In this document: piece by piece, positions 56,619-64,000 of the stretch
How the letters are laid out: every line of letters begins with the position of its first letter
How positions within the stretch are numbered: position 1 is the first letter of the stretch
Source: the human T2T-CHM13v2.0 reference genome, Homo sapiens
Strand: one strand, 5' to 3'
Length of the DNA stretch: 64,000 nt
Assembly (NCBI RefSeq): GCF_009914755.1
Contig: NC_060925.1
Program-made: the position numbers and the translations under genes
The notes under the pieces: model-generated
The model's database searches: none
Told to the model about the DNA's origin: nothing
What the model saw: the letters and a program-made list of their open reading frames with translations, nothing else

Positions 56619-59600
56619 AGTAGATACAGAAAAAGCTTTTCATAAGATCTAATATCCTTTGATGATTAAAAGAAAAACTCTAGCAAACTAGGAATAGGAG
56701 CAAACTTTGTTAATCTGATAAAAGGTGTCTATAACAAAAGCCTATAGCAAACAGGATACCAAATTGTGAAATATTAAAGGCTTTCCCTTGAGACAGGGAG
56801 TGAAACTAGTACAACTGCTATTATCCTTCTATTCAACGTTGTACTGAAGGTCTCTAGCCAATACAAACGCCTACATAAAATATATTAAAAATACATAAAA
56901 TATATGGATGAGAAAGGAAGAAATAAAGTTGTCATTTTCACAGATTACAAGATTGTGTATGGGGAAATTGCAAAATAATCTGTGGACACCCTATAAGAGG
57001 TAATAGTTGGATTTAGTGAGGTCACCAGAATCAAGGTCAATATACAAAAATCAATTAATTTTTTTGTACAGCAGCAACAAACAATTTAAAATAAAATTTA
57101 AAATTACCATTTATAACAGCATAAAAATCAAATGCCTACAATAGATATAATGAAGATATGCAAGACTTCTACATAGAAAACTCCAAAACATTGAGAACAA
57201 TTTAAGGTAACTTAAATAAAAGGATCTATACATGGATTAGAGAAGTTAATATTTATTGTAAAGATGTAAATTATCCTTAAATTGATTTCTAGAATCAATG
57301 CAATCCAAATTAAAATGAGAGTAGAGTTTTTTTAAGACATTAATAAGCTGATTGTAAAATTTGTATAGCTACCCAGATTTGATCATCGCACATTATATTC
57401 TTGTATCAAAATATCATGTGTGCACCATAAATATGTACAACTATTATGTATCCATAAAAATTAAAAATAAAAAAGTAAAATAAATTTATATGGAAATGCA
57501 CTGGGGTCAAGAATAGCCAGCATAAACAAAGAAGTACAAAGTTGAAGGGCTTATGCTACTAAAGAGTTATTATAAAGTTACAGTAATTAGGACAGTATGA
57601 TATTTGAACAGAATAAATAATCAAGAAGCAGAGCTGCATATGCCTGGACACTTGATTTATGACAAAGGTAGCAACAGCAATACAGAGTAGTAGAGAATGA
57701 GCAGCCTTTCAATAAATGGTGCTGGGTCAACATGGAAAACAACAGACTCGGGCATCTTCCTCAATCAAAAACAATTTCAAGTGAATTGTAGATCTAGATG
57801 TAAAAGGTAAAATAATAGAGTTTCTAGAAGAAACTATCTTGGGATGGGCAAAGATTTCTTAAGTATTAATAAAATAGACATGTACACTAAACATAAAGAG
57901 ACTGATAAATTGGGCTATATTAAAATCAAGAGTTTCTGTGTCTTAGCACATTGTTAAGAGAGTGAAAAGGAAAGTCCCAGGATAAGGGATGACATTTACC
58001 TACAGCTAACAAATGACTTGTTTCTAGAATAAAGAATCCCTATAAATAAGAAAAGGACAGAATGGTTTAAAGAACTCCTATAAATAAAAAAAAGAAAAGA
58101 CAAGACAAGACCCAGCAGAAGAAAATGGGCAAAAAAGTTGAACAGTCACTTCTCCAAAGAGAATATCCAAAAGGCCAGTCAACATGAAAAAGTGCTCAAT
58201 CTCATTGATCTCAGGCAATGCAAATTAAAACTATTATGAGCTTAAAATGTTGGTGAGGATTTGGAGCAGCTGGAATTCACATACATTGCTTGTAAGGAGG
58301 TAAAATTGGCACAGCTACTTTGGAAAACTGTTTGGCAATATCAACTAAGCTTACCCTAAACATACCCTATGACCCAGCAGTTCCACTCCTCAGGTATAGA
58401 CCCATGAAATACATAAATATGTGTCCCACAAGACAAGTACAAGAATAGTTACAGAAGTTTTTATTCATAATAGCCCCAAACTGGAAACAACCTAAATGTC
58501 CTTCAGTAGTAGAATAGATAAATAAATTGTGGTGTATTCAAACAAGAGTAATAAAATGAACAAATTACTCATAGATAAGACAAACCAACATGAAGTTAAA
58601 TCTCTGAAACATAAGCCTGAGAGAAAAGAGCTCATATTGTATGATTCACATTTACATAACATTCAAAAACAAACTAAAGTTATTAATGATATGAGAAGTC
58701 AGGATAACCGTAGTGTTTACTTTTGCAGGGAAGGGAGATAATATCTGAGAAGGGACAAGGGCTTTTGAGATGCTGCTGACATTCTGTCTTGGTCTGAGAA
58801 GTTATTCCATAGGTGGTGTTTTCTTTGTGAATATTCATTAAGCTATACAATTAGGATTTGTGCACTTTTTCTGAATATATATTTATGCTTCAATTTAAAG
58901 AAATGTTAAAGAAAAAGAGAGTGCAAAATCAGAGGATAGGAGGAAGAAAGAGAGATCTCTCTGGATTTGAGAGCAGCAGCGACTCTGGAAGCCCACCAGG
59001 GAGGTGGTAACAGCCTCGAAAGAAAAAGCGCTGGAGCCTAGGGGGATCTCAAAATGAGGTTTCCTGTCTCAGCAATAATTCCTAAGCCACACTAACGAAC
59101 CAGAACACTAGTTGGTGAACACTAGCAAAACCAAAGGGAGCACATGAGCTGGGACACTGGGGATCTCACCAATGTGGATGGTTGACCAATGACCTGAGTA
59201 TTCCTCCCCACCCCAACCCAGCCTCCTGGGATCACACTAACTATTGGGAAAGTTCTGAACTTGAAACAATCACGAGGGAGATAGGATTTATGCTGATAAT
59301 GGCTGGAGTTATCCTTTCCAACAACCCAGCAGAATGGGGACTTGCAGTCATAACTCAAGTTGAGTTCTAGGAAATAAAAAAAGATCTCTTACATATCTAA
59401 ATTTGAGGATAGAGATTCTTACCAGATACATGGAACTAACAAGTCTGGGTTTTGTTTATTAGTTTTTTATTTTTTAACAGACTTCCTCCTTCTTCTCTCA
59501 TCCTTTCTTCTCAGTTTCTTCCCAATCGTCACACTTGAAACAGTAGGGCCTAAAGCCATCTATTTGGTATGCCTGTAAGGATGGCCCTGTGGATATAACC

Positions 59601-59689
59601 CAGGACTTACTATTCCCCCCAAATTTGCTCTTATGTACTAAAATAAGCATATGTCAGGAGCTATCTCCTCCCTGCAAAGACACATGTAC

Positions 59690-59759
59690 CTTTCTGTACT
59701 TCACTGGCACGTCTGGGATGTTTGCCAGTGCGTTCATTTTTCTGTGCAGAGTTGTCCAT
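59690..59759 (-). CDS. STPG1: STPG1 first coding exon (MDNSAQKNERTGKHPRRASEVQK); the exon extends 5' to about 59827 as UTR
   Basis: ATG in strong Kozak context (aacATGG), G/gtacat donor, tttcag acceptor at 59828. Confidence 0.92.
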
Positions 59760-60057
59760 GTTAGCAAAATTCTGTGACGTGTTCCATTTGTTTGATGAAA
59801 AGTTCTACTGCATGTTCTCCTAAGCACCTGAAACAGCAAAACACAGCATTTGTAGAGATCATTTCACATTGGTTAATTATTGCAAATGGGTTCTGTTCTA
59901 TCTACAGGGTAAACTGAGAAATGGTGTGGGTGCCGGCTGAGATCTACCAAGTGCAGTGACCCAAAGTCCCAAGCACATTGTGCTGGTGCTGCCTGCAGTA
60001 GGAACTGCGTAAGAAGTCACTGTTGATGTTGCTTACAGAACTACTGAAGGCTTGGAT

Positions 60058-60357
<300 letters not shown>

Positions 60358-60359
60358 TA

Positions 60360-64000
<3,641 letters not shown>

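Overview
This window is primate genomic DNA (human or a very close great ape), matching the GRHL3-STPG1 locus (1p36.11 in human). The + strand carries the last eight coding exons of GRHL3 (216-12852), its 3' UTR with AATAAA at 13650, and an alternative repeat-derived last exon at 22545-22731. That alternative exon lies antisense inside STPG1 intron 7. The - strand carries the complete spliced CDS of STPG1: 8 coding exons from 59759 to 16903, 1005 nt, 334 aa, seven PGP-type repeats. The two genes converge tail to tail, and the STPG1 first exon and promoter are outside the window. The rest is intronic: about 25 Alus, many MIR/L2 fragments, hAT MITEs, an LTR, old L1 blocks from about 52 kb onward, and a 38-copy 16-17 bp VNTR in GRHL3 intron 12. 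I see no wholly new gene system. The best leads are: (1) the VNTR, which is an array of CACCTG E-boxes inside an epithelial master regulator; (2) a candidate poison exon in GRHL3 intron 9; (3) a gapless 107-bp duplicated element with a codon-like substitution pattern in STPG1 intron 4; (4) a MER53 hairpin with perfectly paired arms. Splice-site coordinates were read directly and checked for frame. Exon numbering and repeat family names come from recall, and repeat boundaries are approximate.
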